A stretch of DNA of 64,000 nucleotides. It comes from Balanoglossus misakiensis (Eukaryota; Animalia; Hemichordata). The stretch covers positions 1,428,635-1,492,634 of the forward strand of contig CM082595.2 of the NCBI GenBank assembly GCA_040954595.2, given 5' to 3'. Shown piece after piece: positions 1-15,000 of the stretch (position 1 is the first letter of the stretch; each line of letters begins with the position of its first letter). The notes beneath the pieces are model-generated. The model did not search any database, was not told the origin of the DNA, and worked only from the letters and a program-made list of their open reading frames with translations. A program made the translations under genes and the position numbers.

Positions 1-3000
1 ATAACCCATGAATTTTTCTCGAAAAATCACCAAATTCGAAAATCCGCAAAGTCGAAAAATTATCATTTCCGGGTGATTTCATGAGCTATAACCCATGATT
101 TTTCTCGAAAAATCACCAAATTTCGAAAATCCGCAAAGTCGAAAAATTGTCATTTCTGAGTGATTTCATGAGCTATAACCCATGATTTTTCTCGAAAAAT
201 CACCAAATTTCGAAAATCCGCAAAGTCGAAAAATTGTCATTTCTGAGTGATTTCATGAGCTATAACCCATGATTTTTCTCGAAAAATCACCAAATTTCGA
301 AAATCCGCAAAGTCGAAAAATTGTCATTTCTGATTGATTTCATGAGCTATAACCCATGGTTTTTCTCGAAAAATCACCAAATTTCGAAAATCCGCAAAGT
401 CGAAAAATTGTCATTTCTGGGTGATTTCATGAGCTATAACCCATGATTTTTCTCGAAAAATCACCAAATTTCGAAAATCCGCAAAGTCGAAAAATTGTCA
501 TTTCTGGGTGATTTCATGAGCTATAACCCATGATTTTTCTCGAAAAATCACCAAATTTCGAAAATCCGCAAAGTCGAAAAATTGTCATTTCTGGGTGATT
601 TCATGAGCTATAACCCATGATTTTTCTCGAAAAATCACCAAATTTCGAAAATCCGCAAAGTCGAAAAATTGTCATTTCCGGGTGATTTCATGAGCTATAA
701 CCCATGATTTTTCTCGAAAAATCACCAAATTTCGAAAATCCGCAAGTCGAAAAATTGTCATTTCTGGGTGATTTCATGAGCTATAACCCATGATTTTTCT
801 CGAAAAATCACCAAATTTCGAAAATCCGCAAAGTCGAAAAATTGTCATTTCTGAGGTGATTTCATGAGCTATAACCCATGATTTTTCTCGAAAAATCACC
901 AAATTTCGAAAATCCGCAAAGTCGAAAAATTGTCATTTCTGAGTGATTTCATGAGCTATAACCCATGATTTTCTCGAAAAATCACCAAATTTCGAAAATC
1001 CGCAAAGTCGAAAAATTGTCATTTCTGGTTGATTTCATGAGCTATAACCCATGGTTTTTCTCGAAAAATCACCAAATTTCGAAAATCCGCAAAGTCGAAA
1101 AATTGTCATTTCTGGGTGATTTCATGAGCTATAACCCATGATTTTTCTCGAAAAATCACCAAATTTCGAAAATCCGCAAAGTCGAAAAATTGTCATTTCT
1201 GGGTGATTTCATGAGCTATAACCCATGATTTTTCTCGAAAAATCACCAAATTTCGAAAATCCGCAAAGTCGAAAAATTGTCATTTCTGGGTGATTTTCAT
1301 GAGCTATAACCCATGATTTTTCTCGAAAAATCACCAAATTTCGAAAATCCGCAAAGTCGAAAAATTGTCATTTCTGGGTGATTTCATGAGCTATAACCCA
1401 TGATTTTTCTCGAAAAATCACCAAATTTCGAAAATCCGCAAAGTCGAAAAATTGTCATTTCTGGGTGATTTCATGAGCTATAACCCATGATTTTTCTCGA
1501 AAAATCACCAAATTTCGAAAATCCGCAAAGTCGAAAAATTGTCATTTCTGGGTGATTTCATGAGCTATAACCCATGATTTTTCTCGAAAAATCACCAAAT
1601 TTCGAAAATCCGCAAAGTCGAAAAATTGTCATTTCTGGGTGATTTCATGAGCTATTACCCATGATTTTTCTCGAAAAATCACCAAATTTCGAAAATCCGC
1701 AAAGTCGAAAAATTGTCATTTCTGGGTGATTTCATGAGCTATAACCCATGATTTTTCTCGAAAAATCACCAAATTTCGAAAATCCGCAAAGTCGAAAAAT
1801 TGTCATTTCTGGGTGATTTCATGAGCTATAACCCATGATTTTTCTCGAAAAATCACCAAATTTCGAAAATCCGCAAAGTCGAAAAATTGTCATTTCTGGG
1901 TGATTTCATGAGCTATAACCCATGATTTTTCTCGAAAAATCACCAAATTTTCGAAAATCCGCAAAGTCGAAAAATTGTCATTTCTGGGTGATTTCATGAG
2001 CTATAACCCTGATTTTTCTCGAAAAATCACCAAATTTCGAAAATCCGCAAAGTCGAAAAATTGTCATTTCTGGGTGATTTCATGAGCTATAACCCATGAT
2101 TTTTCTCGAAAAATCACCAAATTTCGAAAATCCGCAAAGTCGAAAAATTGTCATTTCTGGGTGATTTCATGAGCTATAACCCATGATTTTTCTCGAAAAA
2201 TCACCAAATTTCGAAAATCCGCAAAGTCGAAAAATTGTCATTTCTGGGTGATTTCATGAGCTATAACCCATGATTTTTCTCGAAAAATCACCAAATTTCG
2301 AAAATCCGCAAAGTCGAAAAATTGTCATTTCTGGGTGATTTCATGAGCTATAACCCATGATTTTTCTCGAAAAATCACCAAATTTCGAAAATCCGCAAAG
2401 TCGAAAATTGTCATTTCTGGGTGATTTCATGAGCTATAACCCATGATTTTTCTCGAAAAATCACCAAATTTCGAAAATCCGCAAAGTCGAAAAATTGTCA
2501 TTTCTGGGTGATTTCATGAGCTATAACCCATGATTTTTCTCGAAAAATCACCAAATTTCGAAAATCCGCAAAGTCGAAAAATTGTCATTTCTGGGTGATT
2601 TCATGAGCTATAACCCATGATTTTCTCGAAAAATCACCAAATTTCGAAAATCCGCAAAGTCGAAAAATTGTCATTTCTGGGTGATTTCATGAGCTATAAC
2701 CCATGATTTTTCTCGAAAAATCACCAAATTTCGAAAATCCGCAAAGTCGAAAATTGTCATTTCTGGGTGATTTCATGAGCTATAACCCATGATTTTTCTC
2801 GAAAAATCACCAAATTTCGAAAATCCGCAAAGTCGAAAAATTGTCATTTCTGGGTGATTTCATGAGCTATAACCCATGATTTTTCTCGAAAAATCACCAA
2901 ATTTCGAAAATCCGCAAAGTCGAAAAATTGTCATTTCTGGGTGATTTCATGAGCTATAACCCATGATTTTTCTCGAAAAATCACCAAATTTCGAAAATCC

Positions 3001-6000
3001 GCAAAGTCGAAAAATTGTCATTTCTGGGTGATTTCATGAGCTATAACCCATGATTTTTCTCGAAAAATCACCAAATTTCGAAAATCCGCAAAGTCGAAAA
3101 ATTGTCATTTCTGGGTGATTTCATGAGCCTATAACCCATGATTTTCTCGAAAAATCACCAAATTTCGAAAATCCGCAAAGTCGAAAAATTGTCATTTCTG
3201 GGTGATTTCATGAGCTATAACCCATGATTTTTCTCGAAAAATCACCAAATTTCGAAAATCCGCAAAGTCGAAAAATTGTCATTTCTGGGTGATTTCATGA
3301 GCTATAACCCATGATTTTTCTCGAAAAATCACCAAATTTCGAAAATCCGCAAAGTCGAAAAATTGTCATTTCTGGGTGATTTCATGAGCTATAACCCATG
3401 ATTTTTCTCGAAAAATCACCAAATTTCGAAAATCCGCAAAGTCGAAAAATTGTCATTTCTGGGTGATTTCATGAGCTATAACCCATGATTTTTTCTCGAA
3501 AAATCACCAAATATCGAAAATCCGCAAAGTCGAAAAATTGTCATTTCTGGGTGATTTCATGAGCTATAACCCATGATTTTTCTCGAAAAATCACCAAATT
3601 TCGAAAATCCGCAAAGTCGAAAAATTGTCATTTCTGGGTGATTTCATGAGCTATAACCCATGATTTTTCTCGAAAAATCACCAAATTTCGAAAATCCGCA
3701 AAGTCGAAAAATTGTCATTTCTGGGTGATTTCATGAGCTATAACCATGATTTTTCTCGAAAAATCACCAAATTCGAAAATCCGCAAAGTCGAAAAATTGT
3801 CATTTCTGGGTGATTTCATGAGCTATAACCCATGATTTTTCTCGAAAAATCACCAAATTTCGAAAATCCGCAAAGTCGAAAATTGTCATTTCTGAGTGAT
3901 TTCATGAGCTATAACCCATGATTTTTCTCGAAAAATCACCAAATTTCGAAAAATCCGCAAAGTCGAAAAATTGTCATTTCTGAGTGATTTCATGAGCTAT
4001 AACCCATGATTTTTCTCGAAAAATCACCAAATTTCGAAAATCCGCAAAAGTCGAAAAATTGTCATTTCTGGGTGATTTCATGAGCTATAAACCATGATTT
4101 TTCTCGAAAAATCACCAAATTTCGAAAATCCGCAAAGTCGAAAAATTGTCATTTCTGGGTGATTTCATGAGCTATAACCCATGATTTTTCTCGAAAAATC
4201 ACCAAATTTCGAAAATCCGCAAAGTCGAAAAATTGTCATTTCTGGGTGATTTCATGAGCTATAACCCATGATTTTTCTCGAAAAATCACCAAATTTCGAA
4301 AATCCGCAAAGTCGAAAAATTGTCATTTCTGGGTGATTTCATGAGCTATAACCCATGATTTTTCTCGAAAAATCACCAAATTTCGAAAATCCGCAAAGTC
4401 GAAAAATTGTCATTTCTGGGTGATTTCATGAGCTATAACCCATGATTTTTCTCGAAAAATCACCAAATTTCGAAAATCCGCAAAGTCGAAAAATTGTCAT
4501 TTCTGGGTGATTTCATGAGCTATAACCCATGATTTTCTCGAAAAATCACCAAATTTCGAAAATCCGCAAAGTCGAAAAATTGTCATTTCTGGGTGATTTC
4601 ATGAGCTATAACCCATGATTTTTCTCGAAAAATCACCAAATTTCGAAAATCCGCAAAGTCGAAAAATTGTCATTTCTGGGTGATTTCATGAGCTATAACC
4701 CATGATTTTTCTCGAAAAATCACCAAATTTCGAAAATCCGCAAAGTCGAAAAATTGTCATTTCTGAGTGATTTCATGAGCTATAACCCATGATTTTTCTC
4801 GAAAAATCACCAAATTTCGAAAATCCGCAAAGTCGAAAAATTGTCATTTCTGAGTGATTTCATGAGCTATAACCCATGATTTTTCTCGAAAAATCACCAA
4901 ATTTCGAAAATCCGCAAAGTCGAAAAATTGTCATTTCTGGGTGATTTCATGAGCTATAACCCATGATTTTTCTCGAAAAATCACCAAATTTCGAAAATCC
5001 GCAAAGTCGAAAAATTGTCATTTCTGGGTGATTTCATGAGCTATAACCCATGATTTTTCTCGAAAAATCACCAAATTTCGAAAATCTGCAAAGTCGAAAA
5101 ATTGTCATTTCTGGGTGATTTCATGAGCTATAACCCATGGTTTTTCTCGAAAAATCACCAAATTTCGAAAATCTGCAAAGTCGAAAAATTGTCATTTCTG
5201 GGTGATTTCATGAGCTATAACCCATGGTTTTTCTCGAAAAATCACCAAATTTCGAAAATCCGCGAAGTCGAAAAATTGTCATTTCTGGGTGATTTCATGA
5301 GCTATAACCCATGGTTTTTCTCAAAAAATCACCAAATTTCGAAAATCCGCAAAGTCGAAAAATTGTCATTTCTGAGTGATTTCATGAGCTATAACCCATG
5401 GTTTTTCTCGAAAAATCACCAAATTTCGAAAATCCGCAAAGTCGAAAAATTGTCATTTCTGGGTGATTTCATGAGCTATAACCCATGGTTTTTCTCAAAA
5501 AATCACCAAATTTCGAAAATCCGCAAAGTCGAAAAATTGTCATTTCTGGGTGATTTCATGAGCTATAACCATGGTTTTTCTCAAAAAATCACCAAATTTC
5601 GAAAATCCGCAAAGTCGAAAAATTGTCATTTCTGGGTGATTTCATGAGCTATAACCCATGGTTTTTCTCAAAAATCACCAAATTTCGAAAATCCGCAAAG
5701 TCGAAAAATTGTCATTTCTGGGTGATTTCATGAGCTATAACCCATGGTTTTTCTCAAAAAATCACCAAATTTCGAAAATCCGCAAAGTCGAAAAATTGTC
5801 ATTTCTGGGTGATTTCATGAGCTATAACCCATGCTTTTTCTCAAAAAATCACCAAATTTCGTAAATCCGCAAAGTCGAAAAATTGTCATTTCTGAGTGAT
5901 TTCATGAGCCTATAACCCATGCTTTTTCTCAAAAAATCACCAAATTTCGAAAATCCGCAAAGTCGAAAAATTGTCATTTCTGGGTGATTTCATGAGCTAT

Positions 6001-9000
6001 AACCCATGGTTTTTCTCGAAAAATCACCAAATTCGAAAATCCGCAAAGTCGAAAAATTGTCATTTCTGGGTGATTTCATGAGCTATAACCCATGGTTTTT
6101 CTCGAAAAATCACCAAATTTCGAAAATCCGCAAAGTCGAAAAATTGTCATTTCTGGGTGATTTCATGAGCTATAACCCATGGTTTTTCTCGAAAAATCAC
6201 CAAATTTCGAAAATCCGCAAAGTCGAAAAATTGTCATTTCTGGGTGATTTCATGAGCTATAACCCATGGTTTTTCTCGAAAAATCACCAAATTTCGAAAA
6301 TCCGCAAAGTCGAAAAATTGTCATTTCTGGGTGATTTCATGAGCTATAACCCATGGTTTTCTCAAAAAATCACCAAATTTCGAAATCCGCAAAGTCGAAA
6401 AATTGTCATTTCTGAGTGATTTCATGAGCTATAACCCATGGTTTTTCTCAAAAAATCACCAAATTTCGAAAATCCGCAAAGTCGAAAAATTGTCATTTCT
6501 GGGTGATTTCATGAGCTATAACCCATGGTTTTCTCAAAAAATCACCAAATTTCGAAAATCCGCAAAGTCGAAAAATTGTCATTTCTGGGTGATTTTCATG
6601 AGCTATAACCCATGGTTTTTCTCAAAAAATCACCAAATTTCGAAAATCCGCAAAGTCGAAAAATTGTCATTTCTGAGTGATTTCATGAGCTATAACCCAT
6701 GGTTTTTCTCAAAAAATCACCAAATTTCGAAAATCCGCAAAGTCGAAAAATTGTCATTTCTGGGTGATTTCATGAGCTATAACCCATGGTTTTTCTCAAA
6801 AAATCACCAAATTTCGAAAATCCGCAAAGTCGAAAAATTGTCATTTCTGGGTGATTTCATGAGCTATAACCCATGGTTTTTCTCAAAAAATCACCAAATT
6901 TCGAAAATCCGCAAAGTCGAAAAATTGTCATTTCTGGGTGATTTCATGAGCTATAACCCATGGTTTTTCTCAAAAAATCACCAAATTTCGAAAATCCGCA
7001 AAGTCGAAAAATTGTCATTTCTGGGTGATTTCATGAGCTATAACCCATGGTTTTTCTCAAAAAATCACCAAATTTCGTAAATCCGCAAAGTCGAAAAATT
7101 GTCATTTCTGGGTGATTTCATGAGCTATAACCCATGATTTTTCTCGAAAAATCACCAAATTTCGAAAATCCGCAAAGTCGAAAAATTGTCATTTCTGGGT
7201 GATTTTCATGAGCTATAACCCATGGTTTTTCTCAAAAAATCACCAAATTTCGTAAATCCGCAAAGTCGAAAAATTGTCATTTCTGGGTGATTTCATGAGC
7301 TATAACCCATGATTTTTCTCGAAAAATCACCAAATTTCGAAAATCCGCAAAGTCGAAAAATTGTCATTTCTGAGTGATTTCATGAGCTATAACCCATGAT
7401 TTTTCTCGAAAAATCACCAAATTTCGAAAATCCGCAAAGTCGAAAAATTGTCATTTCTGGGTGATTTCATGAGCTATAACCCATGATTTTTCTCGAAAAA
7501 TCACCAAATTTCGAAAATCCGCAAAGTCGAAAAATTGTCATTTCTGAGTGATTTCATGAGCTATAACCCATGATTTTTCTCGAAAAATCACCAAATTTCG
7601 AAAATCCGCAAAGTCGAAAAATTGTCATTTCTGGGTGATTTCATGAGCTATAACCCATGATTTTTCTCGAAAAATCACCAAATTTCGAAAATCCGCAAAG
7701 TCGAAAAATTGTCATTTCTGGGTGATTTCATGAGCTATAACCCATGATTTTTCTCGAAAAATCACCAAATTTCGAAAATCCGCAAAGTCGAAAAATTGTC
7801 ATTTCTGGGTGATTTCATGAGCTATAACCCATGATTTTTCTCGAAAAATCACCAAATTTCGAAAATCCGCAAAGTCGAAAAATTGTCATTTCTGGGTGAT
7901 TTCATGAGCTATTAACCCATGATTTTTCTCGAAAAATCACCAAATTTCGAAAATCCGCAAAGTCGAAAAATTGTCATTTCTGGGTGATTTCATGAGCTAT
8001 AACCCATGATTTTTCTCGAAAAATCACCAAATTTCGAAAATCCGCAAAGTCGAAAAATTGTCATTTCTGATTGATTTCATGAGCTATAACCCATGGTTTT
8101 TCTCGAAAAATCACCAAATTTCGAAAATCCGCAAAGTCGAAAAATTGTCATTTCTGGGTGATTTCATGAGCTATAACCCATGGTTTTTCTCAAAAAATCA
8201 CCAAATTTCGAAAATCCGCAAAGTCGAAAAATTGTCATTTCTGGGTGATTTCATGAGCTATAACCCATGGTTTTCTCAAAAAATCACCAAATTTCGAAAA
8301 TCCGCAAAGTCGAAAAATTGTCATTTCTGGGTGATTTCATGAGCTATAACCCATGGTTTTTCTCAAAAATCACCAAATTTCGTAAATCCGCAAAGTCGAA
8401 AAATTGTCATTTCTGAGTGATTTCATGAGCCTACAACCCATGCTTTTTCTCAAAAAATCACCAAATTTCGAAAATCCGCAAAGTCGAAAAATTGTCATTT
8501 ATGGGTGATTTCATGAGCTATAACCCATGGTTTTTCTCGAAAAATCACCAAATTTCGAAAATCCGCAAAGTCGAAAAATTGTCATTTCTGAGTGATTTCA
8601 TGAGCTATAACCCATGGTTTTTCTCGAAAAATCACCAAATTTCGAAAATCCGCAAAGTCGAAAAATTGTCATTTCTGAGTGATTTCATGAGCTATAACCC
8701 ATGGTTTTTCTCGAAAAATCACCAAATTTCGAAAATCCGCAAAGTCGAAAAATTGTCATTTCTGGGTGATTTCATGAGCTATAACCCATGGTTTTTCTCG
8801 AAAAATCACCAAATTTCGAAAATCCGCAAAGTCGAAAAATTGTCATTTCTGGGTGATTTCATGAGCTATAACCCATGGTTTTTCTCAAAAAATCACGAAA
8901 TTTCGAAAATCCGCAAAGTCGAAAAATTGTCATTTCTGAGTGATTTCATGAGCTATAACCCATGATTTTTCTCGAAAAATCACCAAATTTCGAAAATCCG

Positions 9001-12000
9001 CAAAGTCGAAAAATTGTCATTTCTGGGTGATTTTCATGAGCTATAACCCATGGTTTTTCTCGAAAAATCACCAAATTTCGAAAATCCGCAAAGTCGAAAA
9101 ATTGTCATTTCTGAGTGATTTCATGAGCTATAACCCATGGTTTTTCTCGAAAAATCACCAAATTTCGAAAATCCGCAAAGTCGAAAAATTGTCATTTCTG
9201 GGTGATTTCATGAGCTATAACCCATGGTTTTTCTCGAAAAATCACCAAATTTCGAAAATCCGCAAAGTCGAAAAATTGTCATTTCTGGGTGATTTCATGA
9301 GCTATAACCCATGGTTTTTCTCAAAAAATCACCAAATTTCGAAAATCCGCAAAGTCGAAAAATTGTCATTTCTGAGTGATTTCATGAGCTATAACCCATG
9401 GTTTTTCTCAAAAAATCACCAAATTTCGAAAATCCGCAAAGTCGAAAAATTGTCATTTCTGGGTGATTTCATGAGCTATAACCCATGGTTTTTCTCAAAA
9501 AATCACCAAATTTCGAAAATCCGCAAAGTCGAAAAATTGTCATTTCTGGGTGATTTTCATGAGCTATAACCCATGGTTTTTCTCAAAAAATCACCAAATT
9601 TCGAAAATCCGCAAAGTCGAAAAATTGTCATTTCTGAGTGATTTCATGAGCTATAACCCATGGTTTTTCTCGAAAAATCACCAAATTTCGAAAATCCGCA
9701 AAGTCGAAAAATTGTCATTTCTGGGTGATTTCATGAGCTATAACCCATGGTTTTTCTCAAAAAATCACTAAATTTCGAAAATCCGCAAAGTCGAAAAATT
9801 GTCATTTCTGGGTGATTTCATGAGCTATAACCCATGGTTTTTCTCAAAAAATCACCAAATTTCGAAAATCCGCAAAGTCGAAAAATTGTCATTTCTGGGT
9901 GATTTCATGAGCTATAACCCATGGTTTTTCTCAAAAAATCACCAAATTTCGAAAATCCGCAAAGTCGAAAAATTGTCATTTCTGGGTGATTTCATGAGCT
10001 ATAACCCATGGTTTTTCTCAAAAAATCACCAAATTTCGTAAATCCGCAAAGTCGAAAAATTGTCATTTCTGGGTGATTTCATGAGCTATAACCCATGATT
10101 TTTCTCGAAAAATCACCAAATTTCGAAAATCCGCAAAGTCGAAAAATTGTCATTTCTGAGTGATTTCATGAGCTATAACCCATGATTTTTCTCGAAAAAT
10201 CACCAAATTTCGAAAATCCGCAAAGTCGAAAAATTGTCATTTCTGGGTGATTTCATGAGCTATAACCCATGATTTTTCTCGAAAAATCACCAAATTTCGA
10301 AAATCCGCAAAGTCGAAAAATTGTCATTTCTGAGTGATTTCATGAGCTATAACCCATGATTTTTCTCGAAAAATCACCAAATTTCGAAAATCCGCAAAGT
10401 CGAAAAATTGTCATTTCTGGGTGATTTCATGAGCTATAACCCATGATTTTTCTCGAAAAATCACCAAATTTCGAAAATCCGCAAAGTCGAAAAATTGTCA
10501 TTTCTGGGTGATTTCATGAGCTATAACCCATGATTTTTCTCGAAAAATCACCAAATTTCGAAAATCCGCAAAGTCGAAAAATTGTCATTTCTGGGTGATT
10601 TCATGAGCTATAACCCATGATTTTTCTCGAAAAATCACCAAATTTCGAAAATCCGCAAAGTCGAAAAATTGTCATTTCTGAGTGATTTCATGAGCTATAA
10701 CCCATGATTTTTCTCGAAAAATCACCAAATTTCGAAAATCCGCAAAGTCGAAAAATTGTCATTTCTGGGTGATTTCATGAGCTATAACCCATGATTTTTC
10801 TCGAAAAATCACCAAATTTCGAAAATCCGCAAAGTCGAAAAATTGTCATTTCTGGGTGATTTCATGAGCTATAACCCATGATTTTTCTCGAAAAATCACC
10901 AAATTTCGAAAATCCGCAAAGTCGAAAAATTGTCATTTCTGGGTGATTTCATGAGCTATAACCCATGATTTTTCTCGAAAAATCACCAAATTTCGAAAAT
11001 CCGCAAAGTCGAAAAATTGTCATTTCTGGGTGATTTCATGAGCTATAACCCATGATTTTTCTCGAAAAATCACCAAATTTCGAAAATCCGCAAAGTCGAA
11101 AAATTGTCATTTCTGAGTGATTTCATGAGCTATAACCCATGATTTTTCTCGAAAAATCACCAAATTTCGAAAATCCGCAAAGTCGAAAAATTGTCATTTC
11201 TGGGTGATTTCATGAGCTATAACCCATGATTTTTCTCGAAAAATCACCAAATTTCGAAAATCCGCAAAGTCGAAAAATTGTCATTTCTGATTGATTTCAT
11301 GAGCTATAACCCATGGTTTTTCTCGAAAAATCACCAAATTTCGAAAATCCGCAAAGTCGAAAAATTGTCATTTCTGGGTGATTTCATGAGCTATAACCCA
11401 TGGTTTTTCTCAAAAAATCACCAAATTTCGAAAATCCGCAAAGTCGAAAAATTGTCATTTCTGAGTGATTTCATGAGCTATAACCCATGATTTTTCTCGA
11501 AAAATCACCAAATTTCGAAAATCCGCAAAGTCGAAAAATTGTCATTTCTGGGTGATTTCATGAGCTAAACCCATGATTTTTCTCGAAAAATCACCAAATT
11601 TCGAAAATCCGCAAAGTCGAAAAATTGTCATTTCTGAGTGATTTCATGAGCTATAACCCATGATTTTTCTCGAAAAATCACCAAATTTCGAAAATCCGCA
11701 AAGTCGAAAAATTGTCATTTCTGAGTGATTTCATGAGCTATAACCCATGATTTTTCTCGAAAAATCACCAAATTTCGAAAATCCGCAAAGTCGAAAAATT
11801 GTCATTTCTGGGTGATTTCATGAGCTATAACCCATGATTTTTCTCGAAAAATCACCAAATTTCGAAAATCCGCAAAGTCGAAAAATTGTCATTTCTGGGT
11901 GATTTCATGAGCTATAACCCATGATTTTTCTCGAAAAATCACCAAATTTCGAAAATCCGCAAAGTCGAAAAATTGTCATTTCTGGGTGATTTCATGAGCT

Positions 12001-15000
12001 ATAACCCATGATTTTTCTCGAAAAATCACCAAATTTCGAAAATCCGCAAAGTCGAAAAATTGTCATTTCTGGGTGATTTCATGAGCTATAACCCATGATT
12101 TTTCTCGAAAAATCACCAAATTTCGAAAATCCGCAAAGTCGAAAAATTGTCATTTCTGGGTGATTTCATGAGCTATAACCCATGATTTTTCTCGAAAAAT
12201 CACCAAATTTCGAAAATCCGCAAAGTCGAAAAATTGTCATTTCTGAGTGATTTCATGAGCTATAACCCATGATTTTTCTCGAAAAATCACCAAATTTCGA
12301 AAATCCGCAAAGTCGAAAAATTGTCATTTCTGGGTGATTTCATGAGCTATAACCCATGGTTTTTCTCAAAAAATCACCAAATTTCGAAAATCCGCAAAGT
12401 CGAAAAATTGTCATTTCTGGGTGATTTCATGAGCTATAACGCATGGTTTTTCTCAAAAAACCAGCAAATTTCGAAAATCCGCAAAGTCGAAAAATTGTCA
12501 TTTCTGCGTGATTTCATGAGCTATAACCCATGATTTTTCTCGAAAAATCACCAAATTTCGAAAATCCGCAAAGTCGAAAAATTGTCATTTCTGAGTGATT
12601 TCATGAGCTATAACCCATGGTTTTTCTCGAAAAATCACCAAATTTCGAAAATCCGCAAAGTCGAAAAATTGTCATTTCTGATTGATTTCATGAGCTATAA
12701 CCCATGGTTTTTCTCGAAAAATCACCAAATTTCGAAAATCCGCAAAGTCGAAAAATTGTCATTTCTGGGTGATTTCATGAGCTATAACCCATGGTTTTTC
12801 TCAAAAAATCACCAAATTTCGAAAATCCGCAAAGTCGAAAAATTGTCATTTCTGAGTGATTTCATGAGCTATAACCCATGATTTTTCTCGAAAAATCACC
12901 AAATTTCGAAAATCCGCAAAATCGAAAAATTGTCATTTCTGGGTGATTTCATGAGCTATAACCCATGATTTTTCTCGAAAAATCACCAAATTTCGAAAAT
13001 CCGCAAAGTCGAAAAATTGTCATTTCTGAGTGATTTCATGAGCTATAACCCATGATTTTTCTCGAAAAATCACCAAATTTCGAAAATCCGCAAAGTCGAA
13101 AAATTGTCATTTCTGGGTGATTTCATGAGCTATAACCCATGATTTTTCTCGAAAAATCACCAAATTTCGAAAATCCGCAAAGTCGAAAAATTGTCATTTC
13201 TGGGTGATTTCATGAGCTATAACCCATGATTTTTCTCGAAAAATCACCAAATTTCGAAAATCCGCAAAGTCGAAAAATTGTCATTTCTGAGTGATTTCAT
13301 GAGCTATAACCCATGATTTTTCTCGAAAAATCACCAAATTTCGAAAATCCGCAAAGTCGAAAAATTGTCATTTCTGGGTGATTTCATGAGCTATAACCCA
13401 TGATTTTTCTCGAAAAATCACCAAATTTCGAAAATCCGCAAAGTCGAAAAATTGTCATTTCTGAGTGATTTCATGAGCTATAACCCATTATTTTTCTCGA
13501 AAAATCACCAAATTTCGAAAATCCGCAAAGTCGAAAAATTGTCATTTCTGGGTGATTTCATGAGCTATAACGCATGGTTTTTCTCAAAAAACCACCAAAT
13601 TTCGAAAATCCGCAAAGTCGAAAAATTGTCATTTCTGGGTGATTTCATGAGCTATAACCCATGGTTTTTCTCGAAAAATCACCAAATTTCGAAAATCCGC
13701 AAAGTCGAAAAATTGTCATTTCTGGGTGATTTCATGAGCTATAACCCATGATTTTTCTCGAAAAATCACCAAATTTCGAAAATCCGCAAAGTCGAAAAAT
13801 TGTCATTTCTGAGTGATTTCATGAGCTATAACCCATGGTTTTTCTCAAAAAATCACCAAATTTCGAAAATCCGCAAAGTCGAAAAATTGTCATTTCTGAT
13901 TGATTTCATGAGCTATAACCCATGGTTTTTCTCGAAAAATCACCAAATTTCGAAAATCCGCAAAGTCGAAAAATTGTCATTTCTGGGTGATTTCATGAGC
14001 TATAACCCATGGTTTTTCTCAAAAAATCACCAAATTTCGAAAATCCGCAAAGTCGAAAAATTGTCATTTCTGAGTGATTTCATGAGCTATAACCCATGAT
14101 TTTTCTCGAAAAATCACCAAATTTCGAAAATCCGCAAAATCGAAAAATTGTCATTTCTGGGTGATTTCATGAGCTATAACCCATGATTTTTCTCGAAAAA
14201 TCACCAAATTTCGAAAATCCGCAAAGTCGAAAAATTGTCATTTCTGAGTGATTTCATGAGCTATAACCCATGATTTTTCTCGAAAAATCACCAAATTTCG
14301 AAAATCCGCAAAGTCGAAAAATTGTCATTTCTGGGTGATTTCATGAGCTATAACCCATGATTTTTCTCGAAAAATCACCAAATTTCGAAAATCCGCAAAG
14401 TCGAAAAATTGTCATTTCTGGGTGATTTCATGAGCTATAACCCATGATTTTTCTCGAAAAATCACCAAATTTCGAAAATCCGCAAAGTCGAAAAATTGTC
14501 ATTTCTGGGTGATTTCATGAGCTATAACCCATGATTTTTCTCGAAAAATCACCAAATTTCGAAAATCCGCAAAGTCGAAAAATTGTCATTTCTGAGTGAT
14601 TTCATGAGCTATAACCCATGATTTTTCTCGAAAAATCACCAAATTTCGAAAATCCGCAAAGTCGAAAAATTGTCATTTCTGGGTGATTTCATGAGCTATA
14701 ACCCATGATTTTTCTCGAAAAATCACCAAATTTCGAAAATCCGCAAAGTCAAAAAATTGTCATTTCTGAGTGATTTCATGAGCTATAACCCATGATTTTT
14801 CTCGAAAAATCACCAAATTTCGAAAATCCGCAAAGTCGAAAAATTGTCATTTCTGGGTGATTTCATGAGCTATAACCCATGATTTTTCTCGAAAAATCAC
14901 CAAATTTCGAAAATCCGCAAAGTCGAAAAATTGTCATTTCTGGGTGATTTCATGAGCTATAACCCATGATTTTTCTCGAAAAATCACCAAATTTCGAAAA

